A DNA stretch of 64,000 nt, from positions 27,280,001 to 27,344,000 of the forward strand of contig CM060732.1 of the NCBI GenBank assembly GCA_030704615.1, read 5' to 3'. The notes below the pieces were generated by a model. That model did no database searches. It worked only from the letters and a program-made list of their open reading frames with translations, and was not told where the DNA came from. Of the stretch, positions 50,155 to 63,469 are shown in pieces. Position 1 is the stretch's first letter; the number at the start of each line of letters is the position of its first letter. The DNA is from Takakia lepidozioides (Eukaryota; Plantae; Bryophyta). Position numbers and translations under genes: made by a program.

Positions 50155-51324
50155 TGTGTCCCACAACAATGGCAAAGAAACAACTTGCACCGCCGGTATG
50201 AGTCCTCCTGATTCACAATCCGAATCAGAACCTTCCGTACAAGACACAGGAGGTGAAGGTGGCCTAAACCGCACACCTCGTCTCGTGTACCCACTAGTAT
50301 CGCTAGTGCTCGAACCGGCACTGTCCCAGCAACTAGTGGCACCTCCGTGTTGACACTCAACCGGTCATGAACATGTCCCTAACCCCCTCTCCACAAGGTA
50401 ACCGGGTAGAGAACCTGTTGCGGCTTATGGTTTGGAATACTAAGTTCCTAACATAGCCTACACCTGTACCTGCATCCATCGCAAGCACTCCTATGGTTGG
50501 CTGGTCGTCACCTCCAACCTTACCACAGGAGAAACAATGATGGTCTGGCTGGTCATCACCCCAGCCTCACCATCGACAGCATGCTCTAGGACTGGCCGAT
50601 GATCAAATCTGGACCAATCACCTATAAAAACAAGCGCCCACATAAAACTAGCATGGCGCACAGTCAAGCATGCAGGTATGGAGGGGATCCAAACACAAGA
50701 AATCAGAACGACAACTCCCCCACACCAAAAACAACTCCACGGTGTTGCTCCTGCAAGAACACCCCAGCCCAAACCCGGGCTGACTCTTGCCTCCACCTAC
50801 GGAAAGGTCTTGGCCTAATGAGAGGGTGGAAACTACGAGGAAGAGAAGCTAAAGCAATGCACTACAACAGATTGCGGCTTTTACGACTCCCATGGGTGCG
50901 CAGTCGTGACAGATTTGTGGCAGAAATGCCATTTGCAGTCGTAAAATGCTTTTGAAGTCATAATGCAGGTCTGGGGAAGGCGTATATGCGACTGCATGGC
51001 TCCGGACTTTGCGGAACACATGTCAAACATGTTTGACCACGAATATTGGCATGGCAGATATGATTACCAGTCACGGTCATGGCTACACTAGAATGACGTG
51101 TGTATATTGCTAGAAAGACATATGACTTCATGACTCTCACTCTAATGCATTCTGCCAGATCATCACATGGATGAATCACTACATGACTGCACATGTCAAC
51201 ACATGCTTTTCTGGTTATATATATAATATATGAGTATTTATATTTTGAAAAAACGGAGACTCTGACCACTAGAATCAATTCTTTTTAAAAACAAAATGCA
51301 ATTTTTATTAAAAAAAAAAACACA

Positions 51325-51530
51325 TCGGCTGGTAAGTGCACAATGTGTCGCCCTGGTGGTTTGGGGTTCAAACCCGCTGCCTTATCCCATGTGTGGGATT
51401 GTTCGTGACAGTATGTCTGGGCGTTGATCGTCCTGTACGTCTTATGGCCCATAAATGAAGGCGGGTGAATTTTCCCCCCTCCTCATGGACCTGTGGTTTC
51501 CTTTAAGAAAAGAAAAAAAAGAAAAAAAAT
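51325..51530 (+). mobile_element. Probable tRNA-derived SINE inside the CACTA element
   Basis: B-box GGTTCAAACCC near 51365 and an A-rich tail at 51505-51530; A-box weak. Confidence 0.45.
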
Positions 51531-51849
51531 CAAAGAGGGGCTTTTAGGGTTTACAAAAAGGTTAAAAAACTTAAAAAGTTGCCCATCACGGTAGCGTGAA
51601 CAGACTTAGAGCGAGCGGGAGGGAGAGAGAGAGAGGGTTGGGACTTAGAGCGAGCGAGCGGGAGAGAGGGCAAACATGCATGGGAGGCCCGCAGTTGGAT
51701 CAACCTTCGCATTTGGAGCAAGCAACCCTAGAAACGCTACGGTATGTGTGCGAGGAGGTTTCGGCTGGGAGCCCGCCGTTCTTGGGAGAGTCAGCTTCGT
51801 CTTAGCAGGCCGTGTTTCAATCTCTACCCGCTCGGCCCTGATTTTACAG

Positions 51850-54700
51850 CACGGAGCAGAGCTGGCATGAGTTTCTAAAAGATCCTTCACGATGGTGGGA
51901 CAACCGCAATCGCAAGGTGGGCTTTTTCTTAATGTACGATGTGAAGAAGTTTGTCCATCCTGCAAATGTGGGTTGTTGGCTCCTGTTAGTACCATGATTT
52001 GGTATTCTTCCTGATGTTTACAAGGTTCTTGGGAGAGTTAGCTTGGTCTTAGCAGGCCGTGTTTCAATCTCTGCCCACTCAGCTGCACCGTGGTGGTTCT
52101 CACTGACCAATCCGACATTACCTGACTACAGAAACAAGCAGCACACTGAAGAGGTCCTCTTGGGTTCATGGTCAGTCAAATCCTCCATGGGCCATGACAC
52201 AAGGTCGAGGACAATGTGGTGAGGGCACCTTCTTCTTCGACCTATTTCAGCCTGTTTTGCCCTCTCATCAGACTCGGCCCTTCATTTGCAGCACGGAGCA
52301 GAGTTGGCATGAGATTTTTAAAGATCCTTCACGATGGTGCGACAACCGCAATCACAAGGTGTGGCTTTTCTTAATGTATGATGTGAAGAAGTTTGTCCAT
52401 CCTGCAAAGGTGGGCTCTTGGCTCCTGTTAGTACCATGATTTGGTGTTCTTCCTGATGTTTCAAGGTTCTTGGGAGAGTCAACTTGGTCTTAGTAGGCCG
52501 TGTTTCAATCTCTGCCTGCTCATCTGCACCGTGCTGGTTCTCACAGACCAATCCGACATTACCTGACTACAAGACACAAGCAGCACACACAAGAGGTCCT
52601 TTTGGGTTGATGGTCGGTCAAATCCTCTATGGGTTCTTCTTCGACCTATTTCAGCCTGTTTTGCCCTCTCATCAGACTCGGCCTTGAGATGCATATTGAA
52701 TTATGTAAGTTAGCTCGTTGCTCATTGATAAGTAGGGTTGGGGGTGTTTGCTGGAATGATTGTTGTATGCATGATTTTGTGCAGAGGCATAGATAGCTGA
52801 AGGAGCAGGGATAGAGTGTGGAAGAGGGCCAGATTTCAAGCTCCAGATTATCTATGATTCCCTGTGGAAGGATAGATACAAGAAACCTGCATGGGTAGAT
52901 GGTCAATTGGAAGCCGCAGCAGCAGCAGCACAATTGATACAATCAAGCACTGCTAATGAAGGCACCTTCTGAAACACATTTCACCCTATTTTCCCCTCTT
53001 ATCAGAATCGGCCCTAAATTTTCATGTTCAATTCTGCAAGTTAGCTGGTTGAGTGAATCTAGTTGGAGTGACTTTGACATGATATTGCCAATGTGACAAG
53101 AGTATGCATTGAACCCATTGGTAGCGGGATATTGGGATATCTCTTGGCCATGTGCCATCGTCAAAGCTGAAACTGTACTAGTTGTCATTCTGACCACTGC
53201 CCTAGTGGACATGTATGCCAAATGTGGGTGCAGCAAGCCTGATGCAAAGGGAGAGTTCGACAACATGGCTAAATGAGATGTGGTGTTGTGGACTGCCAGG
53301 ATTGTAAGGTGTGTGTAGCATAGGTGTGGGAGTAAGGCTTTGGAAACCTAAGAACAAATGATGTGGGAAAGGATGAAGCCAAACCAGGTCATGTTCATTT
53401 GTGTTTGTTAATATGCATATGCAAGCCTAGCAGCCCTGGGAAGGGGCCAAGAGGTTCATGGTGACATCATCAAAGCTGGAATTGTACCTGATGTCATTCT
53501 GAACATTCCCCTGGTGTACATGTATGTCAAATGCGAGCCTGGTAGCCCTGGAAAGGACGCAAAGGTCCATTATCAAATCTGGAATTGTACCACTAGATGT
53601 CACTCTAAACACTGCCTTGGTGGATATGTATGTCAAATGCACGCCTGGCAGCCCTGAAAAAGGGTACAGAGGTCCACGGTGATATTGTCAAAGCTGGTAT
53701 TGTATTTGATGTGATTCTGAACGTTGCCGTAGTGGACATGTATGCCAAGGTTGTGGAATGGTGGGACAACCGAGGGAAAAAGGTTAATGCCTGTTAGATT
53801 ATAGAGGGCAGACGCAATTCAGCATATGAACTAGTGTGATAAGCTGAGTTGGGTGTTTCCTAGAACAAATGTAGGCTGTCATTATCAGCTGCAAGGCAAG
53901 GAAGTATGCATGATTTGTGTAGAAGCAGTGATAGCTGAAAGAGCAGGGATAGAGTATGGGTCCAGATTCATCCAAGAGGGCCAGATTTCAAGCACATGAT
54001 TACCTATGATTACCTGTGGATTTAGCTATAAGAAACCTGTATGGGTAGATGGTGAACTGGAAGCCGCAGGAGTAGCGGCACAATTGATAAAATCAAGCAC
54101 TGCTAATAAAGGCACCTTCTTCAACACATTTCACCCTGTTTTTCCCTCTTATCAGAACCGGCCCTAAATTTCAATGTCTGCAAGTTAGCTGGTTGAATGA
54201 ATCTAGTTTGGAGTGACTTTGACATGATATTGCCAATGTGACAACAGGAAAGTATCGAAAAACAGTTAACGGAGATGAGGGGAAGCTGTGGAATGAATAC
54301 TTTTCTGACCCCAGTCAATGGTGGGACAACTGAGGCAAAAAGGTAAATGCCTGTTGGATTACAGAGAGTAACAGATGCAATTGAGAATAGGAACTTGTGT
54401 GGTAAGTTGAGTTGGGTGTTTGCTGGAACAAATGTAGGCTGTCATTGTCAGCTGCTAACAGCAATGCAAGGATATATGCATGATCTATGCAGAGGCATGG
54501 ATAGCTGAAGGAGCAGGGATAGAGTGTGGGTCCAGATCATCCAAGAAAGCCGGATTTCAAGCTCCAGATTACCGATGATTCCCTGTGGAAGGATAGCTAC
54601 AAGAAACCTGCATGGGTAGATGGTCATGGGTAGATGGTAGATAGTTTGGAGTGACTTTGATATGATACTGCCAAAGTGACAATAAAAAAGTATCCATAAA
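51850..54700 (+). pseudogene. Captured fragments of OSB-type PDF-motif exons and a PLS-PPR gene
   Basis: WHEFLKDPSRWWDNRNRK, LWNEYFSDPSQWWDN, PRGPDFKH, KKPAWVDGQLE; PPR LVDMYAKCG...DVVLWTA...VHGDIIKAG at 53140-53750; stops and internal duplications. Confidence 0.75.
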
Positions 54701-55739
54701 CAGGTAACAGTAGCAGATGCAATTCAACACAGGCACTAAGGCAAACTCTCCTTCCCCGTAAGGGTGTGTTTTGGTATCTGAGCGAATAAATATTTTATCT
54801 AAGAATATAATTTCAAAAATTCGTTATTTAATAATGTGCCACTGTCCCATGTTGGTCAGTAATAATAATTATAATAACAAATAATTATAATAATTATTTT
54901 AGTAATTATAATAACAATAAAGTAAATCTACAACCCCCAACAGCGACGCGTGTCAATTGACATGAGGAACCACGTGTCAAAATCACGATGTGACACATGC
55001 TGACGTCAAATTCCCTCCTCTGCAGTCGGATGGCGTCGCAGTCTGACACGTGGCGTGTTTTGTAGAGAGCACGTGTCTCTATTACACAGCGGCTGACATG
55101 GACCCGTTCAGTCATTCAGTAATGCCAGCGTGTATGACTACCCCCACAACAGCTGCTCTGGCGCCACGTGACAGCCAGCCTGGAGAGTCATATCTGCCAT
55201 GTCACAATTGACTAGGTCTTTATGTCTGCAGAGTCAGGAAGTCATAAATGGCTTCTATGACTGCATTTGCAGTCATAACACAGAGACGTAAAAGCCGCAA
55301 TTTGTTGTAGTGATGCCTAACCCCAGCATGCCCTCATCCCAACACTCTTCCTCTCCTCTCTTCCCTCACTTGCATGACCATGGGAATATCATGAAGATAC
55401 TCCTCAAACCGCCCTCCACGAGCTTCAAAATTCGGCCTTCAAGACGGGGGGTGCTATTCCGTGAGCCCAGAGGCGTGAACCTATGAGCCCAGGAAACCGT
55501 GAGCCGAGCACAGGCTCACGCCACGTCAGCATGCATACAGGGCCTATTTCCGCGTGTGTCACCTATTACCGCGGGTTGAACAGCCATTTCCCGGGAATGC
55601 AGACTGGATGTGTTACATCCATTGTATCCATCCTTTGTATCCATTGCATCCATCTAGACGTTATCAACATACCAAGCCCTTGCATTGGAATGTGGGTACG
55701 TCGTGAGGAGGTGCACACTGACATCAACTAAAGCGGATC

Positions 55740-58348
55740 CCTGCGAAATCTTTTCTTACTCACCACCCTTGCGAACATGCCAGGTATGTGCGGGAGCATC
55801 ATGGATGCTCACCAAATTTGAGAATGCCTGAACGATCTTTGATCACGTGGACTTCACCTCGATGGATTTACCAAGCATTCTTCTAGCAGGAATGGTTTGG
55901 AGACAAGCGAGCAAATGATGCGAGAATGCTCTACACGAACCAAAGTCGATTGTTTGTTTTTGAAATGCACTCAAGCCTGTACAGTCCACAAAACTCTAAA
56001 TAGATTGAAGGAACAATCCGGGAACAATCCGGGCTGCTGCGGCGGTGGCTGCTATACGCTCATTCTCTCTCCTCAAAGACACCTCCTGAGTTGGGGTCTC
56101 AGAAGGAGGGCAATCCAAATACCAACCACAAGCAGAAAGATGGTCTGGGCCCCAGTCATGCAAGATCCCAGTAGTAAACATGGTCTGGTTGCCAGCAGGG
56201 ACAAGCCAAAGGTCCACGAAATCAGGATGTTTGCCCAAGCAGTTCTCTTCCATGTGAACAAACTTTACGTACCTGCAGGAACAGAGACGGCCTCATTATG
56301 CAATGCAATTATTGTCTCTCAGCTTTTCCATCACACCAGGAAGACCCCTTAAACAATATGCGGCACAGTACATTGCAACCACCGCACACAAAGTAATCTT
56401 AAGACCCCAGGGTGTGCACCTTGGTGTTACTACACAGGGATAGAACAAATGAGTGTGCGGCACCGCAAACTCATATAAGGGAGCCCAAAACAGGTTGGAT
56501 GGAGGAGAGTGTGTATTTGCAAAACAAAGAAGCACAGTCCATTTCGCACCTGTAAAGGCATCGTTTCCATGCTTCCTCTCCTTTCTCTTGCTGGTCAAGC
56601 TCATTTGTTCGACTAATGCCACCCTCCTTGCTGAACTCTCTAAAGAAACACAATTGTCACACTGTGGCTCTCCATTTCCTCATGTATGCTTGGAAGGAGA
56701 CCTTCGGTGCTATCATGGTGATGCCATAGTCATCCAGCTGAGTATGTAGAACCGACTGGGCCCTTTCTTCCAACTGCAAAACAATTCAAATGCAAGAATG
56801 AACCAAAAAACAATCACAGACAATGTAACAGCCAATGGAAAGAGAAGGACAGAAAAAGCGAAAAAAAAGTGACACAGCAAAGGACATCATACCTAGCTCC
56901 AGTAAGTGGCCTTGTGAAGCCATGTGTCCAGCACATTGTCACTGACATGAATGACACACTGGGTCTTCTTCTCTTTCTCCGGCCTGGAGAACATGTGGGT
57001 ATCCCTAACAGTGGGATCAAAATTTTATATCTGTAGCCACTTCACCTTCTGTTCTGAAGACACAACGGCGGTAGACAACCTGTGTAACTTCTCCTGGGCC
57101 ATCTCTAGCTTGCCTGGCTTGTTGTAATGGTTTTTTACCTCCAGAAGAAACTGCGATCCGAATGATGGGTCGGCAATTCTCAACTGCTTAACAAAAGCAC
57201 TCATAATAGTCCTTCTTGTGGCGGTCATCTCTTTCTGGATGTGACTCTCAACCCCCTTTGCTGTCCTTCTCTCCTCAGGGGTAGAGCTGTAGTATTCCAG
57301 TTTCCCACGCTCTCCTGCATGTGCAATGTCTTGCTGCAAGGGAATGCATGAGAGTTGCATCAACCCAAGGGCAAGGGAAACAAACAGAAACAAACAGAAA
57401 CAAACATGTGGAAGCAGGAATATCAAAAAGACCAGATGATGGAAGATGTATCTCACCGTGTACATATACTCCATGAAAGCCTCACGGGTCAACGAGTACC
57501 ACGTTTCTGATGTCTTGGAGCTTTCGCACTTCTTGTACGTCTCTGCTGAAAGGATGGTCTTGAAGTTGGTCAAGGGCATCTGCCCGATACTTTGTATCAT
57601 GTACAGTGTGTCAACCAGACTCGTTTTGACATGCGATGTCTCCGTCCTTCTGCAGAATGATGTCTGAAAGTCAGAATGAAATTCAAGGACCGTCAACAGA
57701 GGACTGGAACCAAAGAACCACGGAACCACAAGTGGAACATGTAGAATGAGAAACCAACATGTTCACATCAATCATTGCCGTCAGAAGACCCATCATGTTC
57801 CCGTCACAATCCAGCACCATCGATCAAACAGAGTAATGCCAATCTTCCTCCTGTGAGTGTAGCCTCCCAATGACAGCCGTCCATGCAAGCAACCGGTGGT
57901 TGCCATCCCAAACGTGAAACATCTTCCCTGAGAATGCCTGGGTGGAAGGTTTCCTGGAGAGAAGAAGTTCGAAGGATTCGTTCACCTGTCTCCAAATGGG
58001 ATCATAGGAGTCCACAATTGACTCATCCACAAGGACCTCATTGCCTCTGGAATCCCTTGTAGGAACGTAAAAAACTGCGGATCCATCCAAATACCCATGA
58101 ACAAACTCGGCCTCCAGCATCAGGATGTCCTTGACGAGGGGTGGACGAACGACGGGCATGGAAACCAACCTACACAGGGGAATCTTCAACCTCCCACCCG
58201 GGGCAAGCATACTTTGCACCACAAGCTGAGAGTTTACCTCCTGACCCCCCAGCTTCTCAGCGGCTTTGCTTTCATAGAACTCATCGTCTACATCAACAAT
58301 GATCTCTTTCCCCTGCCCCGAAGGGATCTCATCCGCCACACTTTGCAT
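55740..58348 (-). CDS. Multi-exon gene of unknown function with a ParB/Srx-like N-terminal domain (likely transposon-borne; exon structure uncertain)
   Basis: 57824-58348 encodes VVRPPL...FHVWDGNHRLLAW (DGxHR signature); downstream minus-strand open segments with GT-AG boundaries. Confidence 0.55.
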
Positions 58349-58369
58349 CTTCTCCTACAGGGTTGTTCA

Positions 58370-60766
58370 TTCAATTTGATAAAAGAGAGAGGCATGAAAC
58401 GATGGTGTTTTGAGCATGGCAAACAGGCCCTGTGTGCCCAATTTCTCATCAGAAAACAGGCCCTGTGTGCCCAATTTCTCATCAGAAAATTGTGGGGGCC
58501 AAAAACACCGTGCGTTGCCGCACAATGTTTCAGCTTCCAAATTCAGGTGTTTTGAACATGATATTTGGCCCCATGTGGCACATTTCCACAAAAAAAAACA
58601 GGCAGAGAGGGGGCCACAAGAGGGCACAAACAGTGTGCATTGCCGCACACTCTTCGTGCTTCCAACTATGGGAGTTTTGAGCATGCATACTGGCCCTGTT
58701 AGGCCCAATTTCACATAGAAAAACAAGCAGAGAGGGGGCTCAAAACAGTGTGTGTTGCCGCACACTGTTTGAGCTTCCAATAAGGGTTGGATTCAACCTG
58801 CCAAAGTGGCCCCAGGAGACCGATTTTCACATCAAAAGCAATCACAGAAGGAAGCTCAAACAGTGTGCGTTGCCGCACACTATTTGACCTTGCAATAAGG
58901 TGTGATTTTAATATGGCATAATGGCCATGAGTGGCCAATTTGAAATAAAAGAAAAGGCAGTGAAGGGGGCTCAAACAGTGTGCGTCGGCGCACACTGTTT
59001 GAGCTTCCATTTTGGAGTCGAATCAACCTGCCAGACTGGCCGTAGGTGCACAATTTCCATATCCATAAACAAGCAAATCAGGGGGCTCAAACCATGTGCG
59101 TTGATGCACATTGTTTGGGCTGCTAAGTAAGTGTGAATTCAACCTGACAGAGATGACATTTGTGGTCGATTCTAAAATGCCTGCTGCCAGGTAAGTGCAT
59201 TGAAGCTCAAAGAGATGCCCTATGTGGCCGATTTTCAGATAAAAAAAACAATGACATGGTGGGCTGGAACAGTGTGCATTGACGCGCACTGTTTGATTAG
59301 GTATGTCTGCATTGAACCTCAAATACATGCCCTACGTGGCTGATTTTCACATGAAAAAAACAATGACAAGTTGGGCTCAAACAGTGTGCGTTGACGCACA
59401 CTGTTTGAGCTGCCACTTAAGTGTGCATTGAAGCTCAAAGAGATGCCCTACGTGGCCGGGTTTCAGATTAAAAAAACAATGACATGGTGGGCTCAAACAG
59501 TGTGCGTTGACGCACACTTCTGGAGCTGCCACGTAAGTGTGCATTGAAGCTCAAAGATATGCCCTACGTGGCCGATTTTCAGATTTAAAAAAATGACATG
59601 GTGGGCTCAAACAGTGTGCGTTGACGCACACTTCTGGAGCTGCCGGGTAAGTGTGCATTGAAGCTCAAAGATATGCCCTACGTGGCCGATTTTCAGAAAA
59701 ATAAAAAATAAAAAATGACATAATGGGTTGGAACAGTGTGCGTTGACGCACACTGCTGGAGCTGCCACGTAAGTGTGCATTGAAGCTCAAAAATATGCCC
59801 TACGTGGCCGATTTTCAGATTAAAAAAACAATGACATGGTGGGCTCAAACAGTGTGCGTTGACGCACACTGCTGGAGCTGCCACGTAAGTGTGCATTGAA
59901 GCTCAAAGATATGCCCTACGTGGCCGATTTTCAAAAAAATAAAAAATAAAAAATGACATAATGGGTTGGAACAGTGTGCGTTGACGCACACTGCTGGAGC
60001 TGCCACGTAAGTGTGCATTGAAGCTCAAAAATATGCCCTACGTGGCCGATTTTCAGATTAAAAAAACAATGACATGGTGGGCTCAAACAGTGTGCGTTGA
60101 CGCACACTGCTGGAGCTGCCACGTAAGTGTGCATTGAAGCTCAAAGATATGCCCTACGTGGCCGATTTTCAGATTAAAAAAACAATGACATGGTGGGCTC
60201 AAATAGTGTGCGTTGACGCACACTGCTGGAGTTGCCACGTAAGTGTGCATTGAAGCTCAAGGATATGCCCTACGTGGCCGATTTTCAGATTAAGAAAACA
60301 ATGACATGGTGGGCTGGAACAGTGTGCATTGACGCACACTACTAGAGCTGCCACGTAAGTGTGCATTGAAGCTCAAAGATATGCCCTACGTGGCCGATTT
60401 TCAGATTAAAAAAACAATGACATGGTGGGCTCAAACAGTGTGCGTTGACGCACATTGCTGGAGCTGCCACGTAAGTGTGCATTGAAGCTCAAAGATATGC
60501 CCTACGTGGTCGATTTTCAAAAAAAATAAAAATAAAAATAAAAAAAACACTGACATGGTGGGCTGGAACAGTGTGCGTTGACGCACACTGTTTGAGCTGC
60601 CAGGTAAGTCTGCATTGAACCTCAAATACATGCCGTATGTGGCCGATTTTCACATGAAAAAAACAATGACAAGTTGGGCTGAAACAGTGTGCATTGACGC
60701 ACACTGTTTGAGCTGCCACGTAAGTGTGCATTGAAGCTCAAAGAGATGCCCTATGTGGCCGTTTTT

Positions 60767-60823
<57 letters not shown>

Positions 60824-61100
60824 AATGACATGGTGGGCTGGAACAGTGTGCGTTGACGCACACTGTTTGAGCTCCCAGGTAAGTCTGCATTGAACCTCAA
60901 ATACATGCCCTATGTGGCCGATTTTCACATGAAAAAAACAATGACAAGTTGGGCTCAAACAGTGTGCGTTGACGCACACTGTTTGAGTTGCCACGTAAGT
61001 GTGCATTGAAGCTCAAAGAGATGCCCTATGTGGCCGATTTTCAGATAAAAAAAACAACGACATGGTGGGCTGGAACAGTGTGCGTTGACGCACACTGTTT
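58370..61100. repeat. Tandem array of about 22 units (~115-125 bp), each containing a 36-bp palindrome
   Basis: GCTCAAACAGTGTGCGT-TG-ACGCACACTGTTTGAGC (perfect copy at 59375-59410); units are homogeneous at 59.3-61.1 kb and degenerate toward 58.4 kb. Confidence 0.95.
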
Positions 61101-62751
61101 GGATGATGCAGAGACACAGTTTGCATGTATACGGGCTTGGTGGACATCGTCAGGTGCTGTAAGGAAATCAGACGAGGGAGCAATGGTCAGTTGGCTAGCA
61201 TGGTGGCATTATTGTTTCCTCCAGTTCGGCGACTATATGCGGGAGGTGAGTTGCACGAATTCGCGTCCCGTTGAATATTATTCTTGGCTATATTTGTAAC
61301 TTGTTTGTAACCTCAACATGTGCTTGTGCAGGAAATGTGTCTCGACTCCGACACCGACATGCCCACGACAAACATGGCCGAATCAGTGCACTCTTCCTGG
61401 CGTGCCTTCTCTGCGGCGCATCTGGTAGACATCGTCACTGCCACAACGGAGGACATTGTGAGGTCAATAATGCAGCAATGCAGGTACAACGAGTTCTTGA
61501 AAGGGAAACAGTGGGGCTTGGGGCCGGACAGGCAGGAAATGCTGATGCGGACTGCCTCTAGATCGAAGAATCCTCGGAAGTGGGCGGCGGCCTTGCGAGA
61601 GGGCCTTCGGGACACGCCATTGCTGCGAAAAGGCCAAACATTTGGAAGGAGATGTTCATACCCGTCCAGTGAGACGAAGACTTGACGAGGCACCTGGCGG
61701 AGAAGAGGATTCATGGCGAGCTGACAAGAATATTCGCACGCTCCCTCGTGGTCCGGTGATGTTGCCCGAGGAGGTCTCGTCGAGCACCGCAAGTCCTGCA
61801 CGTTCAAGATCGCCATCTCCTTTGAGCACAGGGCGCATGCCCCGACAACATAACGAGCCATCTGTAGTAAAGCAATACAACATTCCCATTGTGGAGACAA
61901 GAGTGTCGGAGTCACAGTGGAGAATTGCGAGGACATTGCCGGCATTTCGAGGGAAGTGCTGCGCCATCCGGGTGGATACGAGAGCACGCTGTGGTGAGAT
62001 GATTCGGAGGAACCCACACGGTGCTGTACCTGCACCTTGTTTCAGCGGCAAATTTTTGACTCCCACATTTGCTCACGCCACAACGCAGACATTTTGGTTC
62101 TGTAGGCACGACATAATGACCTGTGTATTTGGCAAGCCCAAGTACGGGATTCAGGGAATGCCGGAGCCTCCGGGCGTCTGGCCTGTTGCACCGGGTTGCA
62201 GCCTCTCTCAGAATGAGGCAGATGCTCTATCTGCAACAGGATTTTGAATGGTGCAACGCACAGACATCCCGGCCCACGCATTTCCGGTTCCTTAGACCCA
62301 GCCATTGCAGACTGCTCGGTCCAGTAGAGACGGATTGGACAATTCTACACATCCCACAATGCGATTCGGAGGAGTGAAGAGACGACACCCTCCCAACAAG
62401 TTGAATGAGACTCGGATTGCCAATGCTCTTGGGATAGCTTGCACTATTCAGAGCTCCGTGGACGTACCCCCACCCGGCCTTGGGCGTGTATATCGGATGG
62501 CAATGGCCGGCTCGGCTGTACGCGACGATGTATACACAATTACGATTGGAGTGGAGCCGACTTGCAATTGTACGGACTTCTCGTTGATGGAAGCAAAGAA
62601 GGGTTCGAAGTATTATCCGTGCAAGCATCTGTATTACATTTACCTGAAGAGGTTGAGGATGAACGTGACTATTGATGACGTTATTCATGCACCGGCGTTG
62701 AGCGTGAACGAGCTGCACAAACTCCTCCTTAGGGATTCCAGAAATCATTGA
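61101..62751 (+). pseudogene. 5'-truncated Mutator/MULE-type transposase with C-terminal SWIM zinc finger
   Basis: TTNMAESVH (third catalytic E motif), intron 61246-61331, SWIM CNCTDF...PCKHLYY; frameshifts near 61640 and 62250-62300. Confidence 0.65.
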
Positions 62752-62907
62752 TGGGGCAAAGGGAATCCTCCATATGGATATTTTCAATTGCATTTTGCTG
62801 TATCAGACTTTTTTTTGCAGTGTAATGAAATGCACCCCAAAACTCCTGGAATGAGGCAATATTCCATTCAAACTGAGATCCAACAGAAGCAGTTGTGGGG
62901 CCATTTC

Positions 62908-63300
62908 TGGAAAAATGGCGCCGAATTTCTCTTTTTGGGGCCGAAAACTGGCAAAGTCCCAACATGCACTGGTACCTGTGTCTGGGAAAATGGCGCCGAA
63001 TTTCTCTTTTTTGGGCCGAAAACTGGCTAAGTCCCAACATGCACTAGTACCGTGTCTGGAAAAATGGCGCCGAATTTCTCTTTTTTGGGCCGAAAATTGG
63101 CTAAGTCCCAACATGCACTGGTACAGTGTCTGGAAAAATGGCGCCGAATTTCCCTATTTTGCGCCGAAAACTGCCTAAGTCCGAACATGCACTGGAAAAA
63201 TGGCGCCGAATTACCTGTCATGAGGGGACCTATAGCCGCGGAATTCGGCACCATTTTTCGCCAGAGAGACCTATTACCGCGAAATTCGGCGCCATATTTG
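62908..63300. repeat. ~72-bp tandem repeats (GAAAAATGGCGCCGAATT core) followed by inverted cores
   Basis: Five direct copies at 62908-63212; inverted GAATTCGGCACCATTTTT at 63241 and AAATTCGGCGCCATATTT at 63282. Confidence 0.85.
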
Positions 63301-63469
63301 CACATGTCGCTGGGAATTGGCATGAGCGGAAGACGAAATATCATGAGCACAACTGTCAAAACTGCAATTTTCCCTTCAAGGGGCCGATAAAATATTTGTT
63401 TTTCCTGACACATTGCATTAAATTATTGTTTTTTTATTGTTTTTTATTTTCGAAATTTGTACTTCTGCT

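Larger units (their letters stand above)
43064..50274 (-). mobile_element. Ty3/Gypsy gag-pol with embedded C5 DNA methyltransferase and C-terminal PHD finger (GAG-PR-DNMT-RT-RH-INT-PHD), decayed
   Basis: ORF-track pieces chain in one frame apart from 8 point stops and one frameshift near 47500-47550; matching LTRs not found in the window. Confidence 0.9.
50860..55312. mobile_element. Non-autonomous CACTA (En/Spm) element carrying host gene fragments (Pack-CACTA)
   Basis: 30-bp TIRs CACTACAACAGATTGCGGCTTTTACGACTC / GAGACGTAAAAGCCGCAATTTGTTGTAGTG (2 mismatches); 3-bp TSD ATG at 50857-50859 and 55313-55315. Confidence 0.92.

Noticed and set aside
58370-61100. CRISPR array (palindromic repeats at regular spacing)
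   Set aside because: The intervening sequences are near-identical rather than unique spacers, there are no cas genes, and the context is eukaryotic
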